Shown one piece after another: positions 37,231 through 47,823 of a DNA stretch of 64,000 nt. Origin of the DNA: a virus. The notes below the pieces were generated by a model. It was not told the DNA's origin, made no database searches, and saw only the letters and a program-made list of their open reading frames with translations. The translations under genes were made by a program, and so were the position numbers. Positions within the stretch are counted from its first letter, which is position 1. The number at the start of each line of letters is the position of its first letter. The stretch lies in IMG/VR virus record IMGVR_UViG_3300042453_004434, positions 68,699-132,698 of that record, one strand, 5' to 3'.

Positions 37231-38286
37231 TTAAAAATTATCTATGTCAAAGCGTACCATTTTTTCGACTAGTTTGTCAAATGAAATTTTTGGTTCCCAA
37301 TCTAATTCTTTTCTAGCTATTTTTGAATCTCCCAATAATAATTCAACTTCAGCGGGTCTATAAAATTTTGGATTTATTTTTACTAAACAAGATGATTCGA
37401 CTTGTTTATCTTCTATGTACCTATTATTAATATAATATTTTTCATCAACTCCATTGCCATGCCAGTAACCCTCAATGTGAGCATGATCAAAAGCTTTTTC
37501 AACAAACTCTCGTATTGAATGGGTTTCGTCGCTAGCTAATATATAATCTTTAGGTGATTCTTGATTTAGCATTTTCCAAACACCATCAACAAAATCTTCA
37601 CTGTCACTCCAATCTCTTCTGGCATCTAAATTACCTAATTCAATAGGTTGAAAAATTTGTGAATTTTTAATTGCGTGATAAATTCTAGCAACTCCCTTGG
37701 TAATTTTTCTGGTAACAAATTCTTCTCCTCGTTTTGTGCCTTCATGATTAAATAAAATACCATGTACAGCATATAAATTATATGACTCTCTGTATACTTT
37801 TACTATATGCCTTGCTGAAGCTTTGCTTGCTCCATATGGACTTCTAGGCTTCAAAGGATGCTTCATATCTTGAGGGCTATATTCTACATTTCCCCACTCT
37901 TCGCTAGATCCAGCAGAATAAAATCTACAAGAAGGTTTAAGATTTTTAATGGCTTCTAAGCACCTTAATACTCCTAAACTATTTATATCAAACATTTGTT
38001 CTGGCATTTGCCAGCTGCAGCCAACAAAACTATTAGCAGCAAAATTAATAAAATAATCAGGATCTACTTTTCTTATAATATTATTAATGCTTTGCGAATC
38101 AGATAAATCACCGTATTCAAACTGAAATCGCGGTTCATTTTTAAATGCTTGACAGTTAGATAAATTAATATTGGAAGACCTGCGTATCATTCCAAAAATT
38201 TTATGGTTAGTGTTTTTCAAAAGATACTCAACCATATTTGCGCCATCTTGTCCAGTAACACCTGTAATTAAAATATTTTTGCTCAT
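37231..38286 (-). CDS. gmd: GDP-mannose 4,6-dehydratase
   Basis: ITGVTGQDG, PRSPYGASK, GILFNHE, FVTRKIT, LGNLDARRDW, YRPAEVELLLGD. Confidence 0.95.
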   Translation of the reverse strand: MSKNILITGVTGQDGANMVEYLLKNTNHKIFGMIRRSSNINLSNCQAFKNEPRFQFEYGDLSDSQSINNIIRKVDPDYFINFAANSFVGCSWQMPEQMFDINSLGVLRCLEAIKNLKPSCRFYSAGSSEEWGNVEYSPQDMKHPLKPRSPYGASKASARHIVKVYRESYNLYAVHGILFNHEGTKRGEEFVTRKITKGVARIYHAIKNSQIFQPIELGNLDARRDWSDSEDFVDGVWKMLNQESPKDYILASDETHSIREFVEKAFDHAHIEGYWHGNGVDEKYYINNRYIEDKQVESSCLVKINPKFYRPAEVELLLGDSKIARKELDWEPKISFDKLVEKMVRFDIDNF

Positions 38287-38287
38287 T

Positions 38288-39439
38288 TTAAAGATTATTG
38301 ATGAAATTAATTAATATATCTAGCTGTTTAAATGATACTTTTGAATTTAAACCTACATAGAAACCGTTTTGATGAATATATTCGCTATTTGGAAAATTAT
38401 AATAATCATCATATTTTTTTAAACATGTTTGCCTTAATAAGTTGCCGGATATGATAGGTCTAGATTCAATATTGTTTTGATAACAAAATTGTTCTGTTTT
38501 TTCTTTTTTAATTTTATCATTAAAAATCAAAGGTATGCAAAATAAAGAATTTTCATTTTTGTCATTATTTTTATATTTTAAAATAGAATCATTAACTTTA
38601 TTGCAAAAATAATTATATAGTGTTTGCCTATCATTTATATATTTATCAACTCTATTAAGATCTAAAAGTCCTATTAAAGCATGTATATTTGAATTTCTAA
38701 AATTATTACCTTGTAAATAAAAATCAAATCTACTGTCAACATCGTTGTTTTTTATTTGAGAATTGTTTTTGATGCTTCGTGTCATTCCATGATTTCGATA
38801 CATTAAAAATAAATCTCTTTCCTTTTCGTCATTCGTAAATATAAATCCGCCTTCAACACTTTGTAGTTGATGGCCGAAATATGTGCTTGTTGTGGATGTA
38901 AAATAACTACTGATATTTTTATTATTAAATTTACCGAAAGTGTTTTCGCAATTATCCATCATTATGTTGATGTTATATTTATTTTTAATTTCAATCAGTT
39001 TATCGATATTAGGAACGATACCTAATAAACTGGTCACAAAAATACATGAAACTTCTTCGTGGTTTTTATCTAAAAAAGATTCTAGTTTGTTTAGGTCGAT
39101 AGCTAAATCATCAAGCGTAATATCAATAAATTTTGGCTTGAATCCTTCTCTTATAAAAGGAGAAACAGAAGTGATCCATGTTGTTGAAGGAAAAACGATT
39201 GTGTTTCTTTTATCTGTATAGAAATTATCTTTTAGGTAATAAGCTAAAATTGTATTCGCAGTTGATCCGCTTGAAACAAAAATAGAGTACTTACTGTTTG
39301 TAAAGTCAGATATTTTTTCTTCAAAACGAGCAACTTTATCTGTCATTGTCCAAAAATTTTTACTATTGAGAAAAAACGCAGATATTTTAAGTCTGTCTAT
39401 TAAAGTGAAATTTGAATCGTTAAGCTTCCAGCTTTTCAT
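38288..39439 (-). CDS. PLP-dependent GDP-4-keto-6-deoxymannose 3-dehydratase (ColD-like)
   Basis: DegT fold (VSSGSTAN, DNCE, RNHG, RPIISGNL) with His in place of the Schiff-base Lys (STYFGHQLQSVEGG), as in ColD; sits between gmd and the fcl-like gene. Confidence 0.75.
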   Translation of the reverse strand: MKSWKLNDSNFTLIDRLKISAFFLNSKNFWTMTDKVARFEEKISDFTNSKYSIFVSSGSTANTILAYYLKDNFYTDKRNTIVFPSTTWITSVSPFIREGFKPKFIDITLDDLAIDLNKLESFLDKNHEEVSCIFVTSLLGIVPNIDKLIEIKNKYNINIMMDNCENTFGKFNNKNISSYFTSTTSTYFGHQLQSVEGGFIFTNDEKERDLFLMYRNHGMTRSIKNNSQIKNNDVDSRFDFYLQGNNFRNSNIHALIGLLDLNRVDKYINDRQTLYNYFCNKVNDSILKYKNNDKNENSLFCIPLIFNDKIKKEKTEQFCYQNNIESRPIISGNLLRQTCLKKYDDYYNFPNSEYIHQNGFYVGLNSKVSFKQLDILINFINNL

Positions 39440-40373
39440 TCTTTATGATATTATAAGTTTTTTGTATTCCTTCAAATAAAGAAGTGAATTTAAATTCTGG
39501 AAACTTTTGTAAAAACAATTTTGACGAAGCATCTTTTCTGAATTGACCATCTGGTTTATTTTTATTCCATTTGATTTCAAAATGGCTAGCTTCACATGCT
39601 AAAAGTGCAATTTCTGCTATTTCTTTAATGCTTTTGTTTTCATCAGTGCAAATATTAAAGTTAAAAGCTTCATTAAGTTCAAGCGTTTGAACAATCGCTT
39701 TTGCAAGATCTTCAGCGTACATAAACTGTCTTAATGGAGAACCAGTTCCAAATAACTCTATTGCATTTTGATTTTCTCGTTTTGCTTTAAGTATTTTATA
39801 TATCAAGCTAGATAAAAAATGAGCTTTGTCACCGTTAAAATGATCATTCTCTGAATATAGATTGCAAGGAATCAATGAGGAATATTTTGTTCTGTATTGT
39901 TTATTATATGCATCTATTTGTACTGCGAGACATCTTTTAGCATATCCATAAGCAAAATTAGTTGGCGTTGGTGGTCCTGAATGTAATAATTTTTCTTCTA
40001 TTGGGTATTGATTATTTTCTAGTTTATCGGGGTAAATGCATGTGCTTAAGATTCCAATAAATTTATTAATACCATTTGCATAACTAGCTTTTAATGTATT
40101 TGTGTTTATTAATATGTTTTGCTCAAAAAAATCAACGGGTTTATTTATATTATCCATAATTCCGCCAACTTTTGCAGCAAGATGAATAACAGTATTTGGT
40201 TTTATCTTTTTAATTATATTATAAGTTTCATTGTAATTTGTTAAATCGCAATCTTTACTAGTTAAATAAACAGCTTTTGGAAATATTTTTTGCAAATGTT
40301 TTCCAACCATGCTAGAACCGCCAGTTACTAAAATGCTCATATTGTAAATTTTTGTCGAAAAAAGTCTCCGCAA
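39420..40373 (-). CDS. GDP-L-fucose/colitose synthase (Fcl/ColC epimerase-reductase)
   Basis: LVTGGSSMVG, HLAAKVGGI, STCIYP, YGYAKR, PCNLY, GTGSPLRQF, KPDGQ. Confidence 0.9.
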   Translation of the reverse strand: MRRLFSTKIYNMSILVTGGSSMVGKHLQKIFPKAVYLTSKDCDLTNYNETYNIIKKIKPNTVIHLAAKVGGIMDNINKPVDFFEQNILINTNTLKASYANGINKFIGILSTCIYPDKLENNQYPIEEKLLHSGPPTPTNFAYGYAKRCLAVQIDAYNKQYRTKYSSLIPCNLYSENDHFNGDKAHFLSSLIYKILKAKRENQNAIELFGTGSPLRQFMYAEDLAKAIVQTLELNEAFNFNICTDENKSIKEIAEIALLACEASHFEIKWNKNKPDGQFRKDASSKLFLQKFPEFKFTSLFEGIQKTYNIIKNEKLEA

Positions 40374-41182
40374 TCACATTGATCAGAAAAGAAATTTTTT
40401 GTTTCTAAATTAAAACCGTTATTTATCCAATCGTTTATTTTATTTTCAAACTCTGTGCCATTATAATGCCCAAACGCATCACAATAATGCCATACTTTTA
40501 TTTGTTTTGATTTAGATATGTTTTCATGTACTCCTGTGTATAATTTATTATTTATAATTTGAAATTTAGAAGTGTATTTAAACCAAGGAGATGTGTTGGG
40601 TTCAGCGCATAAATTGCCTTTTGCTCTAGCGTTATAAACAATATTAGAATTTTTAAAATCACCATCTACTATTAAATTTGTATATTTGTTTTGAATATTA
40701 CAAATATAATTTAACGCTGCCTGTTCTCCGTATTCTGTTAGCATCCATTTATGACAGTTCAATACTTCTTCAAGAGCGTTTATATTATTAAAACAAACTA
40801 CGTCAGCATTAACATGTTGATCGCTTGAAAAAGAAAATTTAAAATGACAAATTGGTGCAGCAACTATTTCAAGAGGATATGGATAATCAAGTGAAGTTAA
40901 TATATCAAAATTATAATTATCGATGAATTCATTAAGTCTGTCGCAAATAATAACGTCAGAACCTAATATGATGATTTTTTGTATATTACATTTTTTTGCT
41001 ACTTCATAAGCAAATAAATATTTACAGTATGGAAAACCTTTTAAATGAGATAATTCAGTGTTTTTTGAAGTGTACGCAAATATTGGAATATCTGGATGGT
41101 ATTTTTTAAAACTTTTAATAGCGCACTCTTGTAGTTTATCGTATTTTTTATTATCTGAATATATAAAACATGCTGTTTTCAT
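40337..41182 (-). CDS. Putative GT-A fold glycosyltransferase (GT8-like)
   Basis: ILGSDVIICDRL (DxD-like), NADVV, EQAALNYI, VWHY. Confidence 0.55.
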   Translation of the reverse strand: MKTACFIYSDNKKYDKLQECAIKSFKKYHPDIPIFAYTSKNTELSHLKGFPYCKYLFAYEVAKKCNIQKIIILGSDVIICDRLNEFIDNYNFDILTSLDYPYPLEIVAAPICHFKFSFSSDQHVNADVVCFNNINALEEVLNCHKWMLTEYGEQAALNYICNIQNKYTNLIVDGDFKNSNIVYNARAKGNLCAEPNTSPWFKYTSKFQIINNKLYTGVHENISKSKQIKVWHYCDAFGHYNGTEFENKINDWINNGFNLETKNFFSDQCDCGDFFRQKFTI

Positions 41183-42000
41183 ATAATTTTATTTATTGTA
41201 TTTTGTATTCCTGTTTCAAGACCGTTAAAATAAATGGGAGTATTAAAAAGTTTTTTACTGTCTCCATTATAGTTTAAACAATTTTGATTTAGAATGATTA
41301 TTTCACTTTTTGAATTATTTTTATCAATTATCTTTTGAGCGATTTCTGAAAGTTTATATTTTACTGGATAACTTAAATTAATATCTTGATCGGATAAATC
41401 AAAAAATAATGCATGTTCTATAACATTTATTAAATCTTTTAAGTAAAAGAAATCCATTTTTTTATCTTCATTAATTATAATATTTTGATTTAATTTGCTT
41501 TTGATTATTGAACTTTTTATAAATCTTGTATTAAGTTCGTTTTCATCAAAGCAGCCAAATATTCTAAGGTTATAAAATTTTTTAACGCTGATGACTTTTT
41601 GAGAAATTATGTTTTTTGATAAACCATAATAATCTTTAGGAACGCAATTGAAAATTTCTTCTTCTTTTTTTAAATTTATATCGGTTTCCCTATCAAATTC
41701 AGCACCTGAAGCCAAATTGATAAATTTATTAATTAATTTTCTGCAATAATATAAATTTTCAAAAATTAAAATATTATTATAAAATACACTAGAGTCGTCT
41801 TTTTTTAATCTACTTCCGCCTTCGATGGCGCAGTGAATAATAGAATCAATTTTATTTTTTTTAATAAAATCTTTAATGTTCTCTTTATTAAATAAATCAA
41901 TTGTTTGCCTAGATCCTTCGAAATAATTAATTCTTTTATTTTTTGAATTAATGATAGATTGCCCTATATAACCTTTAGAACCTGTAACTAAAACATTCAT
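41179..42000 (-). CDS. NAD-dependent sugar epimerase/reductase
   Basis: LVTGSKGYIG, SGAEF, YGLSK, LRIFGCF. Confidence 0.88.
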   Translation of the reverse strand: MNVLVTGSKGYIGQSIINSKNKRINYFEGSRQTIDLFNKENIKDFIKKNKIDSIIHCAIEGGSRLKKDDSSVFYNNILIFENLYYCRKLINKFINLASGAEFDRETDINLKKEEEIFNCVPKDYYGLSKNIISQKVISVKKFYNLRIFGCFDENELNTRFIKSSIIKSKLNQNIIINEDKKMDFFYLKDLINVIEHALFFDLSDQDINLSYPVKYKLSEIAQKIIDKNNSKSEIIILNQNCLNYNGDSKKLFNTPIYFNGLETGIQNTINKII

Positions 42001-42004
42001 TTTA

Positions 42005-43738
42005 TTATTTTGAATCTATCCATTGTATGTTTTCTAAACAACCGGGAATAAATTTTCCATCTGAATTTAATTTTGCAACTACTTTTGGTTCATGATATTC
42101 TTCTGGATCTGTAAAAACCTCGCAAACACAGGGTCCAGTCTGTTTTAAAAATTTTGAAAGAACTGATTCTATTTCAGAATTATTTTTAATAGAGTAATAT
42201 GGCAATTCATATGCTGAAATGATTTTTTTAAATTTTGGAAAAGATACGCCACTATTTTTTTCTGAAGCTACAAATTTACTATTAAAGAAAGATTTTTGTG
42301 TTGTTTTAATAGATAAATATCCATCGTTATTAATTAAAATTAATTTTATAGGCAAATTGTAATGCTTCATTGTTTGAAGCTCATGTATGTTTAAATGCAA
42401 ACTTCCATCCCCTTCTAAACAAACAATATTATTATTAATCGAGGCACCAATTGCTGCAGGAAGACCGTATCCCATTGGAGCGCAGCCGGTATTTGTGATT
42501 AATCTTTGATTACCTTTTAAATTTAGAACCTGCATAGTAACAACATTTGCAGATCCGTCGCTTGTAATTATATGATGATCATAGGGTAGCAGCTGAGAAA
42601 GTTTTTCTATTAAAAAATAATTACTGACAAAATCTTTTTTTTCTCTGTGTCTATTTAATACTTTCGGATTTTCATTTAATTTATTGCATTCATTAATCCA
42701 AGACTGAGAAGTTAAATTTATTTTTTTATTTAAAAGGTTATTAATAAATTTTTTAGCGTCTGAAACTATTTTTTGATCAGGAAATAGAGTTGGTTTATTA
42801 AGTTCTTCCTTGTCGATATCAATATATATTCTATAAGCGTTTTTAGCAAAAGAACTAAAATTATATCCTGTTTGTCTAACGTAAAGTCTACTTCCAATTG
42901 ATAAAACAAAGTCACACTCATTTAATAATTTATTAGCACAAATTTGAGCATGAGTTCCGAATCTTCCATAATAATAAGGATAATCAGAATTAACAATATC
43001 GTTTCCGTTTACAGCAGATATAACTGGAATTTTTGTTTTTGAAAGAAGCTGTTTTAATTCTAATACTGCTCCAGAAAGCCTAACTCCATTTCCAACAATT
43101 AAAAGAGGTTTCTTTGATTTATTCCATTTTTCTATTACATTATCTATTTCAAATTCAAAAGGTTGCGGATTATCAATTTTTTCATCAAATGATTTCAAAT
43201 CATCTATATTAATATCAGCAGATTGAATATTTAAAGGTATGTCTAACCAAACTGGTCCGGGTCTTCCTGTTGTTGCGATTTTGCAAGCTTTTTGTAAATA
43301 ATATTTAATATCTTTAGAATCATTTACTTGAACAGCTAATTTGGTCATATTTTCAACAGTTTTAACAATATTAAATTCTTGATCTCCTAGTTGTCTTAAA
43401 TTGGATCTGGTGAAATTAGTTGTTAATTCTTTATTGACTTGTCCGCTTATAAATAAAACAGGAATAGAATCCAACCAGCTGCAAAGAGTGCCTGTTATAG
43501 CATTTGTTCCACCGGGGCCACTTGTAACTACACAAACACCTAATTTATTATTAATTCTAGCATATCCTTCAGCGGCTATAGCGGCTGCTTGTTCATGATG
43601 AGTTGCTATGTATTTTATATTTTCGGTTTTTCCAAGAGAGTCTATTAAAAAAATGCAACCTCCGCCAGATACGGTGAAAAAAGTATCGATTTTATATTCG
43701 TCACGAAGAAATTGAATTATATAATCTGATACCCTCAT
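42005..43738 (-). CDS. Thiamine-diphosphate-dependent enzyme (acetolactate synthase-like, YerE-type)
   Basis: HHEQAAAIAAEGYAR, VTSGPGGTNA, GRPGPVWLDIP, MGYGLPAAIGA, GDGS...NNDGY; located in a sugar-nucleotide cluster. Confidence 0.9.
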   Translation of the reverse strand: MRVSDYIIQFLRDEYKIDTFFTVSGGGCIFLIDSLGKTENIKYIATHHEQAAAIAAEGYARINNKLGVCVVTSGPGGTNAITGTLCSWLDSIPVLFISGQVNKELTTNFTRSNLRQLGDQEFNIVKTVENMTKLAVQVNDSKDIKYYLQKACKIATTGRPGPVWLDIPLNIQSADINIDDLKSFDEKIDNPQPFEFEIDNVIEKWNKSKKPLLIVGNGVRLSGAVLELKQLLSKTKIPVISAVNGNDIVNSDYPYYYGRFGTHAQICANKLLNECDFVLSIGSRLYVRQTGYNFSSFAKNAYRIYIDIDKEELNKPTLFPDQKIVSDAKKFINNLLNKKINLTSQSWINECNKLNENPKVLNRHREKKDFVSNYFLIEKLSQLLPYDHHIITSDGSANVVTMQVLNLKGNQRLITNTGCAPMGYGLPAAIGASINNNIVCLEGDGSLHLNIHELQTMKHYNLPIKLILINNDGYLSIKTTQKSFFNSKFVASEKNSGVSFPKFKKIISAYELPYYSIKNNSEIESVLSKFLKQTGPCVCEVFTDPEEYHEPKVVAKLNSDGKFIPGCLENIQWIDSK

Positions 43739-44762
43739 ATATTTTATTTACTGCTGTTTTTAAATTTTCTAGTTCGATTATTTTATATAAAACAGGTTTA
43801 TCTATATCAATTAATACCATGTTAATGCAATCCGTATTCTTTTTATCTGCTTTAATTATAGGCAATAAAACATCAAAATCAAACCAAATTTTTTCAATTT
43901 CGAAATTAACGCTTTCTTTTATTAATCTATTTCCTGTTTTTATAATATCTTCATAGTCAAGTACATTATTAAATACTTTTTTGCTTATTTCAATGGCTAT
44001 CATACATCCAATAATCACTGCAATTCCATGAGGCATTTTATAATTAGAAGTCGATTCCAATGCGTGTGCAAAAGTGTGACCGAAATTTAAAAATTTTCTC
44101 TCTTTTTTATCAAATTCATCTTTTTCTAAAACGCTGTTTTTATATTTTAGCCCTTCAAAGATATTTTTTTCTAGTATTTCAAGTTTTGATATATCAGATG
44201 GAAACTGTTTTATTTTACTCTGTAGAATATAAAATTTAAAAATTTCTCCTGCTCCGCTAAATAAATCCATTTTGTTAAGAGTTTTTAAGAATTTAGTATA
44301 AATTATTATTTTACAAGGAGGATAGAAAGTTCCTAATATATTTTTTTTATTATTAAAATTTATAGAGGTTTTACCGCCAATGCAACTATCGGTTTGTGCT
44401 AAAAGCGTTGTTGGTATTAATATATAATCTAAACCTCTATTATATATAGAAGCGCAAAATCCTATTAGATCTTGCAAAATGCCGCCTCCTATAACAAGTA
44501 TAATACTTTTAGAATTAAGATTTAAATCAGAAAATTTCTTCAATATTTTAGCAGAACTTTCTAAAGTTTTTATTTGTTCGTTACTTTCAAGTTCAATAGT
44601 TTTTTCAACACAAATGCTAGTAAAAAACAAATTTTTTACTGTTTTATCTATGACAGTTATGACATTTTCTTGATTTATTAATTTATTTATTTCATCTATG
44701 TTATCAATAAACAAAATAGAATAATTTTGAATTTTAGATTTAACATCTATTGTGCTGAACAT
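43701..44762 (-). CDS. 3-dehydroquinate synthase-like sugar-phosphate cyclase
   Basis: IGGGILQDL, PTTLLAQTDSCIGGKT, KNILGTFY, GEIFK, LNFGHTFAHALE, HGIAV. Confidence 0.9.
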   Translation of the reverse strand: MFSTIDVKSKIQNYSILFIDNIDEINKLINQENVITVIDKTVKNLFFTSICVEKTIELESNEQIKTLESSAKILKKFSDLNLNSKSIILVIGGGILQDLIGFCASIYNRGLDYILIPTTLLAQTDSCIGGKTSINFNNKKNILGTFYPPCKIIIYTKFLKTLNKMDLFSGAGEIFKFYILQSKIKQFPSDISKLEILEKNIFEGLKYKNSVLEKDEFDKKERKFLNFGHTFAHALESTSNYKMPHGIAVIIGCMIAIEISKKVFNNVLDYEDIIKTGNRLIKESVNFEIEKIWFDFDVLLPIIKADKKNTDCINMVLIDIDKPVLYKIIELENLKTAVNKIYEGIRLYNSISS

Positions 44763-45391
44763 GAATAGCCTCCATCTATTATTATCTCTTGACCAGAAAT
44801 ATAAGAATTCTGTACAGATAAATGATATACTAATTTAGCGACTTCTTCAGGCAAGCCAAGACGTTGACATGGAATTTTATTTTTTAAAACTTTTATTTGC
44901 TCTGGAGTATTATTTTGTTTTGTCAAATCTGTTTCAATGAATCCTGGAGATATAGTATTGGCTAAAATATTGTATTTAGCATATTCAACAGTGATAAATT
45001 TAGATAAGCAATGTAAAGAATTTTTGCTTGCAGAATAACAAAATCGACCCTCTTTTGCTATGTTGGTCCATATTGTTCCAATGTTAATTATTCTTCCATA
45101 TTTATTTTTCACCATATGTGGAAGACATTGTTTTGTTATTTCAAAAGCTGAAATAAAATTTACTTTAAATACGTGTTCTATATTTTCGAAGCTATTTTCT
45201 ATTGTTGTTATTGGATTAATTCCAGCGCAGTTTATAACAATATCGAAATCACAATCTTTTAATTTGATTGATTTAGATAAATCTAATTCTTGTCTGGAAG
45301 GAGCAAAAACATAATGTTTGTTTTGTTTAAAAATTTTAACTATTTCTTTTCCTATTCCTCTTGAACCTCCTGTAATTAATATTTTATTCAT
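44747..45391 (-). CDS. Short-chain dehydrogenase/reductase
   Basis: ITGGSRGIG, NCAG, YSASK, PGFIETDL, IDGG. Confidence 0.92.
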   Translation of the reverse strand: MNKILITGGSRGIGKEIVKIFKQNKHYVFAPSRQELDLSKSIKLKDCDFDIVINCAGINPITTIENSFENIEHVFKVNFISAFEITKQCLPHMVKNKYGRIINIGTIWTNIAKEGRFCYSASKNSLHCLSKFITVEYAKYNILANTISPGFIETDLTKQNNTPEQIKVLKNKIPCQRLGLPEEVAKLVYHLSVQNSYISGQEIIIDGGYSCSAQ

Positions 45392-46203
45392 GACGAAAGT
45401 GAAGAAGAAGTTTTTATTGAATTATTTAGTCGAGATTTAATCATTTCTATTCTTTTGTCATCCTGATTAGCGAAAGAAAGATAATAGTTTTTTTTATTCA
45501 CTAACCACTCGTATTCAAACTCTTGAGCTTTTGCTAAAGCTTTTGGTAAATTTTTTAAAGCTATCGAAGGATCGAATATCGCATATCTTGTTTCGAATTT
45601 ATCAAGTAAACCTTCTGAATGTAAATTCTTCAAAAAAGAAAAAGAATCTATAGACACAGCGCCACCAATACAACATTTTAAATTTTTTTCTTTAGTTTTA
45701 ATAAAAACTTTTCTAACCATTTTTAGAATTTCTTCATCATTAACATATTCTCTGTTTTTATTCAAAGAAGAAACTAAATCTACTCTTCCAACTGTTATGC
45801 CGTTTAATTTTTCTATCTCTTTTGTCGAGAATATATCTTCTATAGAATTAATTGCTGAAACACTTTCAAGATTAATATTTAATTGAACAGAGTTTAAAAT
45901 ATCTTCTGGGATATGTGTTTGAGCAGCATTTATAAATTTTTTAACCCCGAAAGCTGATTCCACCATTGGAGCCACAATTCCTTTAACCCCTATAATTGTA
46001 GAATCTTTTAAATCTCTTATTGCTTCTGGACCGCCAATTTTAAGTGTTATTTTAGTTTTTGCTTGATTACAGATCTCTTTCAATCTAATGGTCTCATTAA
46101 AAGATGCGCCTTCGTCTTCAAAACTAGTTTTAATACCGATAAGACCATGATTCTCAATCATATCGGTTAAAATTTTTACGCAGTTAAATTCTAAAGAATT
46201 CAT
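45388..46203 (-). CDS. HpcH/HpaI aldolase / citrate lyase beta-family protein
   Basis: KIGGPEA, IVAPMVES, INLES, TVGRVDL, IGG TIM-barrel motifs. Confidence 0.75.
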   Translation of the reverse strand: MNSLEFNCVKILTDMIENHGLIGIKTSFEDEGASFNETIRLKEICNQAKTKITLKIGGPEAIRDLKDSTIIGVKGIVAPMVESAFGVKKFINAAQTHIPEDILNSVQLNINLESVSAINSIEDIFSTKEIEKLNGITVGRVDLVSSLNKNREYVNDEEILKMVRKVFIKTKEKNLKCCIGGAVSIDSFSFLKNLHSEGLLDKFETRYAIFDPSIALKNLPKALAKAQEFEYEWLVNKKNYYLSFANQDDKRIEMIKSRLNNSIKTSSSLSS

Positions 46204-46210
46204 AAATATT

Positions 46211-46867
46211 TTATTTTTTTGTAAAAATCGCTACGCAGTAAGCGTTTTGAATATCGTCGTATATTTTTATATCACTAATGTTATCTTCTATGTACTTTTG
46301 TTCATCTTTTGTTATATGAGGGCTTTCAAATTTGTTAGTTTTTATAAAATTTTGAATTATTTCAAAAGTTTGATCATTTCTTTGGCAGCAGCATGGTCTT
46401 CCGGCAACAGAAATATCTTCTAATATATAATATCCTCCAGATTTAACATATTTAAAAAGACTTGCTAATGAAATCATTTGGTGTTCGTGAATATGAGATC
46501 CATCTTCAAGAATAAAATCAAAAGATGAAACATTGAAAACTTTAATCATATTTTCAAAATCTATTCTTTTGCTTTGGTCTCCTCTAAAAAAGTCAACTCT
46601 ATTGTTTTTTAATTTTGACATATCTACTATATCAAAAGTGTATATTTTAGCTTTTTCAAAATACGCTTCCCACATTTTTACTGACTGACCGCCTGAAGTG
46701 TATTCCATGCAAACGCCTATTTCAAGTAAATTGATAGATTCGTTTTTCCATTTATTAAGAAGTTTATCATAGATAGGAGCATATCCATGTCTAGATCCAT
46801 GAGAGGATTTAGTGCTTTTATCTGAATTAAATTGATCAGCTAATTCGTCTAAAGTTTTAACGCTCAT
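46211..46867 (-). CDS. SAM-dependent (sugar O-)methyltransferase
   Basis: SDK..HGY..IY, LLEIGV, GDQS, ILEDGSH, GGYYILED (MycE/NovP-like pattern). Confidence 0.8.
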   Translation of the reverse strand: MSVKTLDELADQFNSDKSTKSSHGSRHGYAPIYDKLLNKWKNESINLLEIGVCMEYTSGGQSVKMWEAYFEKAKIYTFDIVDMSKLKNNRVDFFRGDQSKRIDFENMIKVFNVSSFDFILEDGSHIHEHQMISLASLFKYVKSGGYYILEDISVAGRPCCCQRNDQTFEIIQNFIKTNKFESPHITKDEQKYIEDNISDIKIYDDIQNAYCVAIFTKK

Positions 46868-47823
46868 TAAAATATAAAGTTATTTTTATAAAACTGCACT
46901 ATTTCTTTTATTTCGTTATCAAAACTGCATTGAGGTTTCCAACCTAAACTTCTTAATTTATCATCGTTTAAAGCGTATCTAATATCTTGACCTTCTCTAG
47001 AGATAGATAAATTTAAATATTTTTCTTGATAGTCAGAAGGTAAATATCCAAAATATTCAGAAATAATTTTTTGCACTGTTGCAATATTGCTTTGCTCGAA
47101 TCCTCCTGCTATATTGAATATTTCGTTTTTTATTCCGCTTTCAATTATATTAACAACTCCATATGCAGTGTCTTTAGCATGTAACCAGTTTCTATAAGGT
47201 GCGCCTTGATTATGCAGAGGTATCTTTTTGCCAAGAGTCAAGCATTTGCAAGATTTTGGAATTAATTTTTCAACATACTGTCCTATTCCATAGTTATTTG
47301 TAGGTCTAACAATAATATAATTAATTTTATATGTTCTAGCCCAAGCAAGTATTAATTGATCAGCAGCAGCTTTTGTGGCTGAATAGGGATTGCTTGGTTT
47401 TAAAATATCTGTTTCGAAATGTTCTCCTTTCGAAATATCACCATAAACTTCATCTGTGCTAAAATGTAAAAAAGTAGGAACGATAATTCCTTCTCTTTTA
47501 TAAGTTTTTAATAATTCAAGAATATTATAAACGCCATCGATATTTGTTTTGATAAAATCATCACTTTTTCTTATTGAATTATCAACATGTGTTTCGGCGG
47601 CTACATTTATAAAATAATCACAATCTACGAGTCTATCTAAATTGCAAATATCTTTTTGTTCAAATTTAAATTTTTCATATTTGTTAAATTCTTTTAGTAA
47701 ATCTGGTCTTGCCGCATATGTTATTTTATCTACTCCAATTACATAATATCCTTTTTGCAGACAAAGTTTTGTTAAATAAGAACCGATTAAACCTAAACAA
47801 CCAGTAATATAAACTATTTTCAT
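46867..47823 (-). CDS. rmlB: NDP-glucose 4,6-dehydratase (RmlB-like)
   Basis: ITGCLGLIG, DKITYA, AAETHVDNSI, STDEVYGD, PSNPYSATKAA, NNYG, GQDIRY. Confidence 0.9.
   Translation of the reverse strand: MKIVYITGCLGLIGSYLTKLCLQKGYYVIGVDKITYAARPDLLKEFNKYEKFKFEQKDICNLDRLVDCDYFINVAAETHVDNSIRKSDDFIKTNIDGVYNILELLKTYKREGIIVPTFLHFSTDEVYGDISKGEHFETDILKPSNPYSATKAAADQLILAWARTYKINYIIVRPTNNYGIGQYVEKLIPKSCKCLTLGKKIPLHNQGAPYRNWLHAKDTAYGVVNIIESGIKNEIFNIAGGFEQSNIATVQKIISEYFGYLPSDYQEKYLNLSISREGQDIRYALNDDKLRSLGWKPQCSFDNEIKEIVQFYKNNFIF

Noticed and set aside
42005-44762. ilvB and aroB as amino-acid biosynthesis auxiliary genes
   Set aside because: No other ilv or aro genes are present, and both are embedded in and overlap NDP-sugar genes; a sugar-tailoring role fits better.
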